Made by a program: the position numbers and the translations under genes. DNA of 64,000 bases from Candidatus Obscuribacteraceae bacterium (GTDB lineage: Bacteria; Cyanobacteriota; Vampirovibrionia; Obscuribacterales; Obscuribacteraceae): NCBI GenBank assembly GCA_044226015.1, contig JBGAHS010000002.1, positions 1,075,435 through 1,139,434 on the forward strand. Reading direction: 5' to 3'. The notes under the pieces were generated by a model. It searched no databases. It saw only the letters and a program-made list of their open reading frames with translations, and was not told where the DNA came from. Shown piece by piece: positions 21,687 through 32,047 of this stretch. Position 1 is the first letter of the stretch; each line of letters starts with the position of its first letter.

Positions 21687-22792
21687 TGACCGGCACGGAA
21701 CCGGTACAAATCAGAAAGATTATCCACATTGATATGGATGCATTTTTTGCATCGGTAGAACAGCGCGACGAGCCTTCCTACCGAGGAAAGCCTGTTGTCG
21801 TCGGGGGCTCACCCGACAAACGAGGAGTTGTTGCAGCTGCTAGTTATGAGGCAAGAAAGTTTGGCATTCATTCAGCGATGCCATCGCGTTCTGCCCTTCA
21901 ACGTTGCCCTCAGCTCATTTTTGTGCGACCCAGATTTGAAATCTACAAATCAGTTTCAAATCAAATACGAGAAATTTTTCTTGAGTATACGGATTTGATG
22001 GAACCTCTATCTCTCGATGAAGCCTATCTCGATGTGAGCAACAACAAAAAAGAAATGCCGTCCGCGACTTTGATAGCCAAAGAAATCAAACAAAAGATCT
22101 TCCAGCAGACTGAATTAACAGCATCCGCCGGAGTATCAATAAACAAATTTCTAGCCAAAACAGCATCGGGAATGCGCAAGCCAAACGGACTCTTTCTTAT
22201 CACTCCAGATAAAGCAGAATCATTCGTCGAAACCTTGAAAATAGAAGACTTTTACGGCATTGGAAAGGTCACCGCAGAGAAAATGAAATCGCTAGGAATA
22301 TTCACCGGCGCAGACCTCAAACGCTGGTCGGAAAACGACCTGATTCAAAAATTCGGGAAGGTCGGTCACTTCTATTACCAAATTGCACGCGGTCGTGACG
22401 AGAGACCCGTTGAGCCAAATCGCATATCGAAATCGATTGGCGCGGAGGAGAGCTTTGCCCAAGACCTTTCAACAAGAGAGGAAATGCTTGAAGCGCTCAA
22501 AGAAATCGCCGAAACAGTAAACAGACGATTGGAAAAGAATCAAACCGCTGGCAGAACTGTAACGCTCAAGGTCAAGTACGCTGACTACAAGCAGATTACA
22601 CGCAGCCGCACGCTTGCAGAGTCAATTAATGACGTAGAGAGTCTTTGGACAGTAGCCGTAAGCTTATTAGAATCAAGTGAGGTCGACAAGAAAAATGTCC
22701 GACTTTTGGGTATATCATTGTCCAACTTGGACTCAGAACGCGAAGAAAGCGAGTTCAAGCAACTGAGTATCGAACTGGAGCAAGCCACTTGA
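21686..22792 (+). CDS. dinB: DNA polymerase IV
   Basis: IIHIDMDAFFASVEQRD, SYEARKFG, SLDEAYLD, NKFLAK. Confidence 0.97.
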   Translation: MTGTEPVQIRKIIHIDMDAFFASVEQRDEPSYRGKPVVVGGSPDKRGVVAAASYEARKFGIHSAMPSRSALQRCPQLIFVRPRFEIYKSVSNQIREIFLEYTDLMEPLSLDEAYLDVSNNKKEMPSATLIAKEIKQKIFQQTELTASAGVSINKFLAKTASGMRKPNGLFLITPDKAESFVETLKIEDFYGIGKVTAEKMKSLGIFTGADLKRWSENDLIQKFGKVGHFYYQIARGRDERPVEPNRISKSIGAEESFAQDLSTREEMLEALKEIAETVNRRLEKNQTAGRTVTLKVKYADYKQITRSRTLAESINDVESLWTVAVSLLESSEVDKKNVRLLGISLSNLDSEREESEFKQLSIELEQAT

Positions 22793-23628
22793 CCATCAAA
22801 ACCAAGCCCACATCAACACACCAAATACGGTGCCTAGTTGAGTTAACAACGGCAATACTTATTTGTGTGGCGCTGCCGGCATATGGACAACAGGGGATGC
22901 TGAAGGGCTCGGCACAATATTCTGCCAATTCTGGAGCAATAGATCCCCTTCTCTGGCCAGGTAATACACTGGACAAAGATGCAGCCAGAGCAATGCTTCG
23001 AGACCCTTCACTGGAGTCGGCAATATGGGCTCCAATACCCACCTGGGAAGCCGGAGATTGGACAAGCAACCAAGCAGTAAACACTCGTGCTATTAAGTAC
23101 GTAAACGGAATGCCAATGGACATACAGCCTCTCGGAGTTCACACCTCCATGGGCAAATTCAACAAGGGTTATTTGAAAGACGCCAGAGGAACAGTTTGGC
23201 ACCTATTTAACTCCGATTATTGGACCGAAACGGTATTGGATGATTGCACACTTGTCTCATACATTGTATTTTGTAGCCCAAATGGCAGCCCAGATTATCC
23301 CGACTTTTATGCCGAATCTGTAGACTTCAAAGTAACAAAACCGAGCAACCAGATTTTGTCAGTTAGAAAAGCAAAATCATGGACCAAGTACTCAAATCTT
23401 GCCGATGGCACTATTAAAGAAGATTCGCTTCGAACAAATTTCGACCAATCCGGACAGGCAACAGTGACTAGCATAAACACAGCGCTGGCAAAACGAACGG
23501 CACCATTCTCTTCATACGAAAAAAGTTTCTCCAACAATCCAAAAATCATAAAGAGCTTTTCCGACTATCTAAAAGCACACGGGTTAGAGGCGCTGCTTCC
23601 TAAACAACCTACTACAACCGCAAAGTAA
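22789..23628 (+). CDS. Hypothetical exported protein
   Basis: Long ORF with hydrophobic signal-like segment; TTG start overlaps the dinB stop. Confidence 0.65.
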   Translation: MTIKTKPTSTHQIRCLVELTTAILICVALPAYGQQGMLKGSAQYSANSGAIDPLLWPGNTLDKDAARAMLRDPSLESAIWAPIPTWEAGDWTSNQAVNTRAIKYVNGMPMDIQPLGVHTSMGKFNKGYLKDARGTVWHLFNSDYWTETVLDDCTLVSYIVFCSPNGSPDYPDFYAESVDFKVTKPSNQILSVRKAKSWTKYSNLADGTIKEDSLRTNFDQSGQATVTSINTALAKRTAPFSSYEKSFSNNPKIIKSFSDYLKAHGLEALLPKQPTTTAK

Positions 23629-23825
23629 CGGCACATACGCGCGGCTCCAAAATCATCGACTTCAACCACAATGCAATAGCACACACCAACAATACGCCTC
23701 GGCTACAACCGAAAACAACGGCACACGAATAATTCGCGCGGCTCCAAAACCATCGGCTTCAACCGCAAAACAACGGCACACGTATAATACGCGCGGCTCC
23801 AAAATCATCGGCTTCAACCGCAAAA
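23615..23825. repeat. Degenerate ~55-bp tandem repeat starting in the last codons of the upstream gene
   Basis: CAACCGCAAAACAACGGCACAC...CGCGCGGCTCCAAAATCATCGGCTT-like units at ~23615, 23706, 23760. Confidence 0.85.
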
Positions 23826-23883
23826 TATCCTGGCGCAAGAAGTCAGCGCAGAGCCGCCCCTAAAGTATACATCACCGAAATCA

Positions 23884-24290
23884 ACATGGGGACTATGACA
23901 CAGCACGACGTGGGGACTATGACACAGCACGACGTGGGGCCACGGCACAAACACGGGACTATGACACAACACGACATGGGGACTATGACACGGCACGACA
24001 TGGGGACTATGACACGGCACGACATGGGGACTATGACACGGCACGACATGGGGACTATGACACAGCACGACATGGGGACCACTACACAGCACGACATGGG
24101 GACCACTACACAGCACGACATGGGGACCACGGCACAAACAAGGGACCACAACACAACACTCCATGGCACCACGGCACAAACACGGGACCACAACACAACA
24201 CTCCATGGCACCACGGCACAAACACGGGACCACAACACAACACTACATGGCACCACGACACAAACACGGGACCACAACACAGCGGCACGA
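23884..24290. repeat. Compound tandem repeat: 24-bp units grading into 42-bp units
   Basis: ATGGGGACTATGACACGGCACGAC-like unit x~10, then CATGGCACCACGGCACAAACACGGGACCACAACACAACACTC-like unit x~3.5. Confidence 0.95.
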
Positions 24291-24318
24291 GATGGACTAA
24301 AACATCTAAGTTACCAAA

Positions 24319-27300
24319 CTATTCGAAATTAGCCCAGTCATCACCGAGATGCAGAGTCACTTTGCCATTCCGATCTATGTGCTCCCAAGAACCATCTGGA
24401 TGATAAATCGAATTGCTGCCATCTCGAGCATCCTGTTTCAAAATATCGCCCTTCTCATTCTTAAACCAGGTAATTCCATCTTCGGGAGTCTGTCCTTCGT
24501 ATGCTTGCCACTTCTTTTGCGATTCTTTGTAATCCAAGATGTTAGAGAGCTTCCGGTTAAGCTCTGTCATTCGATGAGGACGCAAAGGCTTGTCGCCAGC
24601 AACAACTTCCTTTGGCTTAGCCGCGGCTTTCTCAGGCGCAGCCACTTTAGTCTCAATTCCAGCTTTGCTGCGGTATGTCCGATTTCCCCTCGCATCCTCT
24701 AGCACACACGTCCCATCGGGATAGTGTATCTCCTTTCGTTTATTAGGATACTGAATTTGGAAGGTGCCGTCGGCAAATTGTGTTTCAGCATACCCATCTT
24801 TCCTGGTAGCTACAATGTCGCCCTTGTCCGTAACATCCAGCTCTCCATCCATAACATCTTGCTTGCGTCCCTTCTCATCAAAGAAGATCCAGCCGCCCGT
24901 CTCAGCGGCATTGCGCTTCCACTTGCCACCATCTATGGTGATTTCAACCAACACATTTGCTGAATTGTACTTCACAGTAGTGGCTGATCCATCCGGGTAT
25001 TTGTAGGTAAAAACCCGCTCAGCAGAAACAATCTTCTTTATAGCGCCAGTTCCAGGTCGGTGCTTTCTGTCGTACTCGTCCTTAGGAGGAGTTATCATTG
25101 CCTGCGAATGGATACCACCTGCTTCACTATCTGATGGAGTTTCCCAGGGGTTGTACGCAAGTGGCGAGAGTCCCTTACCACTCCTCGAACCTATCGCATT
25201 GTTCAAACCGAGACTCGCGGCCGCAGTAATTGGCGGTCCTGAAGCTGCATTTCCAGTGTGAGCAGGCGCAGCCACCGACGGCTTGCTCTCCTGTCGAGCC
25301 GTATGCGCTGACGAATCCGGCACCGCAGATGGTGACTGCCCCATAACAGGATCTACCGAAGGATTATCCCCAGCGGTACCAAGGCGGGCTTTGGCCGATG
25401 CCGCAAACTTGACCTTCACATCCTTATTATCAACCTTGTTTTCAACGGGCTTTGGTTCCGCCGCTTTCATCTTTATTGGTCCTGGAACCTGGAAAGGAGG
25501 AGACTGAGTCCTCGACGCGGAAGCGATCTCCTTGTGTTCTACAGCACCCATCATGCGAGTCTGCGTAGTCTTCTTGCGAGCCGGCGCCGAACCAGGTTGA
25601 ATGGCACGACTTTGCTGCAAACTCGACACCGAAGGCGCAACCGCTGGTGGAGTCACTTTCGGAGGAACAATCTTAGGCAAGTCAGCCTTGGGCGCGGGCG
25701 CTCGCTGCTCTGCTGCGTCCGGAACACCGAGGACAGAACGAGCCGCTGCGCTAATCGGATCCGCACTACGGTTTCCAGGACTCAGGAAGGATTGATGCGG
25801 AGACGGAGCCAGAATCTCCGGCGTGGGTGCCTTAGCCGCCTCCCCCCGTAGTGGTAAGGGAGGTGGTATCGCGCTTGATCTTACTGAAACAGCCGAACTC
25901 GACTTAGGCTCCAGCTTTGGGGCTACCTTTTGGGCTTCCAGCTCAGCTTGCGCAGCTGGTTTCGGCTCAATATTTGGAGCTTCCACCTTTGCTTGCACAA
26001 CTGGCTTCGGCATGATCCCTGGAGCTTCCACCTTTGCCTGTACAACTGGCTTCGGCATGATCCCTGGAGCTTCCATCTTTGCCTGTACAACTGGCTTCGG
26101 CATGATCCCTGGAGCTTCCACTTTTGCCTGTACAGCCGGTTTCGGCTCGATCCCTTGAGCTTCCACCTTTGCCTGTACAGCCGGTTTCGGCTCGATCCCT
26201 TGAGCTTCCACCTTTGCTTGCACAGCCGGTTTCGGCTCGATCCCTTGAGCTTCCGACTTAGCCTGTACAGCTGGTTTCGGCTCGATCCCTTGAGCTTCCA
26301 CCTTTGCTTGCACAGCCGGTTTCGGCTCGATCCCTTGAGCTTCCGACTTAGCCTGTACAGCTGGTTTCGGCATGATCCCTGGCGCTTCCGACTTAGCCTG
26401 TACAGCCGGCTTCGGCTCGATCCCTGGAGCTTCCGACTTAGCCTGTACAGCTGGTTTCGGCATGATCCCTGGCGCTTCCACCTTTGCCTGTACAGCTGGT
26501 TTCGGCATGATCCCCGGAGCTTCCCCCTCTGCCTGTACTACTGGTTTCGGCATGATCCCCGGAGCTTCCCCCTCTGCCTGTACTACTGGTTTCGGCATGA
26601 TCCCCGGAGCCTCAGGCTTTGCTTGCACAGCTGGTTTCGACATGCTCCCTGGAGCCTCAGACTTAGCCTGTACTTCGGTCTCTGGCTCGGCAACAGATGC
26701 GTGCTCATTCGGTTGGATTTCAGTCTTCGACTCCGAACTGCGAGCAATTACTGAATGCGACTCAACCTTCAACTCCTCAGCTTTCATGCGCGTTACAGAG
26801 TGAGGTGCAGATGTTCCAGGTGCATGACGCTCACCAGAACTCTTCAAATGTTCAGCAGATTGAGCAGGCTTGGCAGAGCCACCCCAGAATCTGCCACCTC
26901 GCTTCTGCGGCAAAGCGTGTGAACTGACTTCCGGACTGGTGCCAGACCAGAACCTTCCAAGCATCTGTACGGCAGCGGCTCCCTCGTCATGCGATACACT
27001 CCCGCCCTGAGCAGACGTTGCATCACCATGGGAGTTGAATGCGCCGGTTGCGTTGTTGGCATTCGATGCGACAGAGGAATGAATCGCGCTACCACTCGCA
27101 GAAAGTGGCTGCGAAACACCCTGAGGGTCACCAGCAGTAGCAGCGCCAGAAGGAGACAAAAACTTTTCAGAAGGTCCTGGAATTTTAATAGGATTCACTT
27201 CTTGCTCAAGTTGCGACTCTCGCCTAAATTGCTCAACCAAGTCCTGGATGCGTGCCTCAACCGGATTGATATTCTCAGCTTGATTATTGGTACCAGATGC

Positions 27301-28953
27301 TCTGCTCACTTGACCCAATAGTTCTTGTTCTGCGCGAGACAACTGAGCAGCCTCGGTGGCTCCCATTGCGGCTTCCCACTGGGTAAATATGCCTTTTGAG
27401 AAATCGTCTGTCGTAAAGGTACCCGAACTGATTTTCTCTTCAAGCAGTTTCTGCCTTGCTAGCTCAGGGTCGTATGGAGGTTGCTGTATTGAACTGAGTT
27501 GTGCATTAGACTCGCCTTCCTGCACCTCCTCCCGCGGCAGTTCATGCTCAGAGGTGCTCTTCCTCCTTGCCGCCATACGCTCAGCAATTTTTGCTTTCGG
27601 CCACTTACTTTGTGATTTAGACAATTTAGGACCCTGCGCCTGACTGGGGCGATCGTTGTCATTCATATATTTTTGCTCAACATGCGCCGTTGGCTGCGAA
27701 GCAAACGACTTATCCGATATCTCCGCTTGCACTACCTGCATACTCTTCTCTGTTGAATCAGATGGGAGATGCAGGGTAACTGCCTCCTCTTCTTCACCGT
27801 TTTCATCTGCAGCCGAACTCTGAGGAAGAAAAATTTCTTCCTCAAGCACTTCCTCATCTTCATCAATTGCGTTCGCAGAAGCTTGATCAGCAGACGATTC
27901 GTCGTCGCTCGCCAAATCGTAAGACGTTGAAGCATCCTCATCGGGCTGCTCAAAGGTCGACTCTCCGGAAGTCACAAACCCAGAATCAGAATACTCATCA
28001 GTAATCTCCTCAGCGGGTCCATCAATAGGCTCCGCAAGCGCATCAGTAGGCTCGACAGCACAATCTTCAAGCATAGACGCACCTTGCTCTTCATCAGTTT
28101 CATCCGAATAGCTGTCCGTAAAAAAGGGATCCGCCGCGTGCGAGCTTGCATAATCGTGTGCCCCAGGCGAGCTCGCATGATCCGACACTGCATGCGATAC
28201 CATCGCACCAGCCACCTGCTCATTAACTTCTTCGAATTCGTCAGCAGATGCGCCATTCACAAATTCAGTGGAATTCACATTTTCTGCTGGCTCGCTGTAA
28301 CTTCCAGCGGCAGACCCACCATAACTTTTGTCCGTAGACTCCACATAACTTTCGTCGGCAGACTCGCTGTAACTTTCAGACCCAGCACAAGTTTCTTCGG
28401 CAGGCTCGCTATTGTTTTCTTCTGCTACAGAATGCTCTAAAGCTTCCATGCTTTCAGGCTCGTAGTCCTGCTCGGAATGCTGATAACGAACAGCAGCTGT
28501 GTCCTGTGAATCAAACGCCTCATCAGAATCAACAGGATCGTTTTCTTCAAACTCTTCGTTTTCCCCAATATCTTCAGCTACGGACTCAACATGGGACGAT
28601 GCAGGGTCCATGGAATGAGCCATGCGGAGAATCTCCGCAGTGGATGGCAGCGGCTTCGTCGCCGGGCGTGGAGCGGCATCTGAAGGCTCTGGTGCATTAG
28701 CGAGAGCTTTCAACATTTCCGGGTCTATACGCTTTATCAGCTTACTTTCTTTTGCTTTCTTTTTCTTCTTCTTTTTCCCGAAGATTTCAGGCTGAGGACC
28801 GAGATATTGCATGGTCGCCTTGTCTCTCATTCCAGCTTTCCTGGACTCGAGATAATCTTTTTCAACTCTTGCAAGGTCTTTCTTTAGAGAATTGGCTTCA
28901 GCTCGTGCCCAGTCGCCATCCTTGTCGCCAGACTCATCATCATCGTCACTCAT
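24319..28953 (-). CDS. Giant low-complexity protein (acidic N-half, 15-aa repeats, C-terminal YPDG beta-hairpin region)
   Basis: 1544-aa ORF with AAAGG upstream; function unknown. Confidence 0.8.
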   Translation of the reverse strand: MSDDDDESGDKDGDWARAEANSLKKDLARVEKDYLESRKAGMRDKATMQYLGPQPEIFGKKKKKKKAKESKLIKRIDPEMLKALANAPEPSDAAPRPATKPLPSTAEILRMAHSMDPASSHVESVAEDIGENEEFEENDPVDSDEAFDSQDTAAVRYQHSEQDYEPESMEALEHSVAEENNSEPAEETCAGSESYSESADESYVESTDKSYGGSAAGSYSEPAENVNSTEFVNGASADEFEEVNEQVAGAMVSHAVSDHASSPGAHDYASSHAADPFFTDSYSDETDEEQGASMLEDCAVEPTDALAEPIDGPAEEITDEYSDSGFVTSGESTFEQPDEDASTSYDLASDDESSADQASANAIDEDEEVLEEEIFLPQSSAADENGEEEEAVTLHLPSDSTEKSMQVVQAEISDKSFASQPTAHVEQKYMNDNDRPSQAQGPKLSKSQSKWPKAKIAERMAARRKSTSEHELPREEVQEGESNAQLSSIQQPPYDPELARQKLLEEKISSGTFTTDDFSKGIFTQWEAAMGATEAAQLSRAEQELLGQVSRASGTNNQAENINPVEARIQDLVEQFRRESQLEQEVNPIKIPGPSEKFLSPSGAATAGDPQGVSQPLSASGSAIHSSVASNANNATGAFNSHGDATSAQGGSVSHDEGAAAVQMLGRFWSGTSPEVSSHALPQKRGGRFWGGSAKPAQSAEHLKSSGERHAPGTSAPHSVTRMKAEELKVESHSVIARSSESKTEIQPNEHASVAEPETEVQAKSEAPGSMSKPAVQAKPEAPGIMPKPVVQAEGEAPGIMPKPVVQAEGEAPGIMPKPAVQAKVEAPGIMPKPAVQAKSEAPGIEPKPAVQAKSEAPGIMPKPAVQAKSEAQGIEPKPAVQAKVEAQGIEPKPAVQAKSEAQGIEPKPAVQAKVEAQGIEPKPAVQAKVEAQGIEPKPAVQAKVEAPGIMPKPVVQAKMEAPGIMPKPVVQAKVEAPGIMPKPVVQAKVEAPNIEPKPAAQAELEAQKVAPKLEPKSSSAVSVRSSAIPPPLPLRGEAAKAPTPEILAPSPHQSFLSPGNRSADPISAAARSVLGVPDAAEQRAPAPKADLPKIVPPKVTPPAVAPSVSSLQQSRAIQPGSAPARKKTTQTRMMGAVEHKEIASASRTQSPPFQVPGPIKMKAAEPKPVENKVDNKDVKVKFAASAKARLGTAGDNPSVDPVMGQSPSAVPDSSAHTARQESKPSVAAPAHTGNAASGPPITAAASLGLNNAIGSRSGKGLSPLAYNPWETPSDSEAGGIHSQAMITPPKDEYDRKHRPGTGAIKKIVSAERVFTYKYPDGSATTVKYNSANVLVEITIDGGKWKRNAAETGGWIFFDEKGRKQDVMDGELDVTDKGDIVATRKDGYAETQFADGTFQIQYPNKRKEIHYPDGTCVLEDARGNRTYRSKAGIETKVAAPEKAAAKPKEVVAGDKPLRPHRMTELNRKLSNILDYKESQKKWQAYEGQTPEDGITWFKNEKGDILKQDARDGSNSIYHPDGSWEHIDRNGKVTLHLGDDWANFE
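25920..26685 (-). repeat. 45-bp (15-aa) coding repeat PKPAVQAKxEAxGI[M/E], ~17 copies
   Basis: Visible in both DNA and translation. Confidence 0.95.
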
Positions 28954-29045
28954 CAGAGTTCCTTTCTCAGCTTTGTTGCATCAACAAAACAGCCCCAAAA
29001 GAATAGGACCAAATTATATTAATTGTGCCCGATTCCTTCAAATTG

Positions 29046-30278
29046 TCACAACGCTCTCGGGCTTGTTGACGACCGAAGAGCCTCCAAAGTACTCAAGATG
29101 CGGTCAAAATCAGAACCGGAAAGCCAGTGGCTGTTGGTGATTGAGAAGCTTCGGCTCGCAAAATCCCGGGCAGCCGGAACGGCGGCATCTGGCACGAATT
29201 TACGCAAATATTCGTAATCAGGCAGAGCCGAAAGAAACAGCCTTGTCACTCCTAAGCCGGAAGCCCAGAGCTTATCCATGATTTGGTCCCGCTGCTGCTG
29301 GTTTTCCGCCAAAAGCATGATAAATGGCCAGGCCCCCTCACAATCAGGCTCCTCTCGCAGCACTTCCAATCCAGCAATCTGGGAAAACATAGATATTCGA
29401 GCCAAAGCACGCTTTCTATTGTCACTTACAAACTCAGGCAAGCGTTTTAACAAACTGGCACCCGCTTTTTTTCGAAAATTACCGAATGCATAGCTGGGAA
29501 TTTCCATCTCAAAATGTTCGCCCACAGCCTCAAGGAGGTCGCCTTCTGAAAGTGCTTTGCGCAGTGGAGCACCGTAAACAAGCTCTAATCCTGATGGATT
29601 GTACAAAGCAGCCAAGCCCAGAAACTGCACGCAGCGCAGCAATTCTAGCCCAGCACGCTTAGGTACGCGCTCAGCAATGACACGCCTGACCTGCTGACGC
29701 AGTTCTGCGTCGCGAACACACAAGAGCCCGCCGTCATAAAGAGACAATCCCTTCCCGATGGCAAAACTAAAAATAGACATGTCGCCATCACAGCTGAGTG
29801 CTTTGCCATTGCGCTTCGCTCCCAGCGCCTGAGCCGCATCCTCTATGACAAAAGCACCTATTGCACGAGCGATTCTCTTCTCCTCACTAATGTCATAAGC
29901 CAGTCCAGCTAAGTACGTTGGAACAATCGCCGCTACCTGATCATCTGAGACCGCTTCGAGTTTATGAATGTCCATTCTGAAACCATTCGAAGCCACGTCG
30001 CAAAGAACCAAATCTACATCGGCTTGCCTGGCAGCAATCGCAAGCAAGGGACAGGTGTAGGCTGGAACAATGATTTTGCGGCGACCGCTTATTTTCTTTA
30101 CGGACTCGAACGCGATCGCCAGGCTTAAAGTACCGGAACTTAAAACATCTATTTCCGGCACCCCTAAAAGCCCAGCAAGCTCACGGTCAAAAGCTTCTGA
30201 GTCGCCTGAAACTCCGCACAAACAATCAGTGAAATTGATTGGCAAACCGGCTGTCGGTGGAATCTCCCTCCAGCTCAT
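29046..30278 (-). CDS. DegT/DnrJ/EryC1/StrS-family PLP aminotransferase
   Basis: SSGT..L, VPAYTC, VIEDAAQALG, FSFAIGKGL (PLP lysine). Confidence 0.9.
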   Translation of the reverse strand: MSWREIPPTAGLPINFTDCLCGVSGDSEAFDRELAGLLGVPEIDVLSSGTLSLAIAFESVKKISGRRKIIVPAYTCPLLAIAARQADVDLVLCDVASNGFRMDIHKLEAVSDDQVAAIVPTYLAGLAYDISEEKRIARAIGAFVIEDAAQALGAKRNGKALSCDGDMSIFSFAIGKGLSLYDGGLLCVRDAELRQQVRRVIAERVPKRAGLELLRCVQFLGLAALYNPSGLELVYGAPLRKALSEGDLLEAVGEHFEMEIPSYAFGNFRKKAGASLLKRLPEFVSDNRKRALARISMFSQIAGLEVLREEPDCEGAWPFIMLLAENQQQRDQIMDKLWASGLGVTRLFLSALPDYEYLRKFVPDAAVPAARDFASRSFSITNSHWLSGSDFDRILSTLEALRSSTSPRAL

Positions 30279-30281
30279 AGA

Positions 30282-31445
30282 CTATTTTTCTTGCTTCTCC
30301 ATCCAGTTTGAATCTGATTCAAACAGATGTTTAAACGGAGTAAGAATTGCTCGCAAAATAGGATTGCGAATAAACACTGCGTGACGGGTCATAGTAAAGC
30401 TGGCACCAAGAGAGGCTTTTACAGCAGGGTCTGTCCAGCCCGCAATGTAGCAGGTCAAATTATTCTTGATTGCATACTCAAGATTGTAGAACCAGCTTAA
30501 AAAATAGAGATTGGCATCGCGAGCATCAGGATAAACAAAGCCGACATACTTGTCTATCAATCGATTATCATGCACAAAACAGATGTTGTAGCCTATGAAC
30601 CTGCCATCGACCTCGTAGCAAAACACCCTGCCACCACCTGCAGTGCTTTGCAGAACACCTTTGAAGAATTCTTTTGAAAGCACATCAAAGTGTATTTCGC
30701 TCTGCTGATAAACGTTCTCATACATTTTATAAATGGTGCCCAGAAAGTCCTCGTCAAAGAACTCAGGTGCCCCACAGTCGAGAACTCTGACTTTAACATG
30801 CGCACTATCTTTCAGTTTTTTGCGAAATTCTTTGCGCCGACTTTTCGAAAGACGCGCCATGAACTCATCAATTGACGAGAAATTTATGGGTACAAAAGCC
30901 AGCGCTTGACCCTCGACAAGAAGAAAGCCAGCATTCGCACATTCTTCAATTAAAAGATTTGCTTTTTCATTTTCAAGCGAATTTAACAGCGGCGAATTTT
31001 GAGGAATATCTTTAACGATTAGCAGCTGGGCGCCGCGCTTTCTCATTTCCTGCAGCAGATTAGCGATAACAGATTTGTAGTTTGCGCAATCGGGATAAGT
31101 GGAGTACTCGGTCGCTGTAGTTCCAACAAAAACGCTGGGATAAACAAGAAAGCGTTTCAGAAAGGGGAAACGACCGACCGCATCTTTCAATTGCTTGGCG
31201 TCATCATCAAGCGTCGTAAGTAAATCAAAAGCCGCCCTAAAAGCCGGTGTCGCCACCGCCGTGCCTGAGTTCACTTCGAAAGCATCAAAATCTATTGGTG
31301 GATTCTTCAAAAAGGTATCAATCAAATAAGCAGGCTCCAAGACGTTCAGAAGCCCCTCAACTGTTTTCTGAGAGCGCGCATCAGCCATACAAGCAAATGC
31401 TTGTTTGCCTGAGAACTTCTTGTCCTGGGCCAGTTCCGTAGTCAT
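30282..31445 (-). CDS. GNAT/FemAB-like acyltransferase
   Basis: FSSIDEFMARLSKSRRKEFRKK, DKYVGF, LYFLSW, GWTDPAVKASLGA; operonic with the aminotransferase. Confidence 0.8.
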   Translation of the reverse strand: MTTELAQDKKFSGKQAFACMADARSQKTVEGLLNVLEPAYLIDTFLKNPPIDFDAFEVNSGTAVATPAFRAAFDLLTTLDDDAKQLKDAVGRFPFLKRFLVYPSVFVGTTATEYSTYPDCANYKSVIANLLQEMRKRGAQLLIVKDIPQNSPLLNSLENEKANLLIEECANAGFLLVEGQALAFVPINFSSIDEFMARLSKSRRKEFRKKLKDSAHVKVRVLDCGAPEFFDEDFLGTIYKMYENVYQQSEIHFDVLSKEFFKGVLQSTAGGGRVFCYEVDGRFIGYNICFVHDNRLIDKYVGFVYPDARDANLYFLSWFYNLEYAIKNNLTCYIAGWTDPAVKASLGASFTMTRHAVFIRNPILRAILTPFKHLFESDSNWMEKQEK

Positions 31446-31664
31446 AACCTTCTCCAGACCGGCATTCTAACACTCAACGACTGCGGACACTCTAGCTAGA
31501 GTTAAGAAGCCCCGAATCCCGGAGTACAAAGGCGTTTGCATGTTTGAGCCGTCTTCCAATTTGCTTGATTGAAATGTGCCAAAAGCTACAGCAGGCTCAA
31601 GAGATGATGGTTTTCTCAGATACAGAGCGTATCAGCGGACAGCTATTTCGGTTCCACTGCTTTC

Positions 31665-31936
31665 TGGATCCGCTCTTATCGAGATCCAATGTTATGGGGA
31701 TACAACGTCCGGATCATGTGTTACGGGGATCCGATCTTATCGGGATCCGATACCAGTTCGGATCCAATTTTATCGGGCTCCACTACCATCCGCGCTCCGA
31801 TCTTATCGGGACCCGATACCAGTCCGGATCCAATTTTATCGAGCTCCACTACCATCCGCGCTCCGATCTTATCGGGACCCGATACCAGTCCGGATCCGAT
31901 CTTATCGGGATCCGATACCATCCGCGCTCCAATACC
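31665..31936. repeat. GATC-rich tandem repeat, 33-bp subunits in a 66-bp period
   Basis: TCCGATCTTATCGGGA at 31730, 31796, 31862, 31895. Confidence 0.92.
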
Positions 31937-32047
31937 ATCTTGGGATTCACTGCCACCTCCGATTCACTACCATCCCAAATCAATTGGGAATCCGCAACGA
32001 AAGAGATACTGGATCCGGAACACTCTTAGCTCCGGAGCACCCTCGGA

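Noticed and set aside
25920..26685. 15-aa PKPAVQAK repeats as further RiPP cores
   Set aside because: No leader motif, no conserved S/T-x4-E spacing, and no adjacent modifying enzyme
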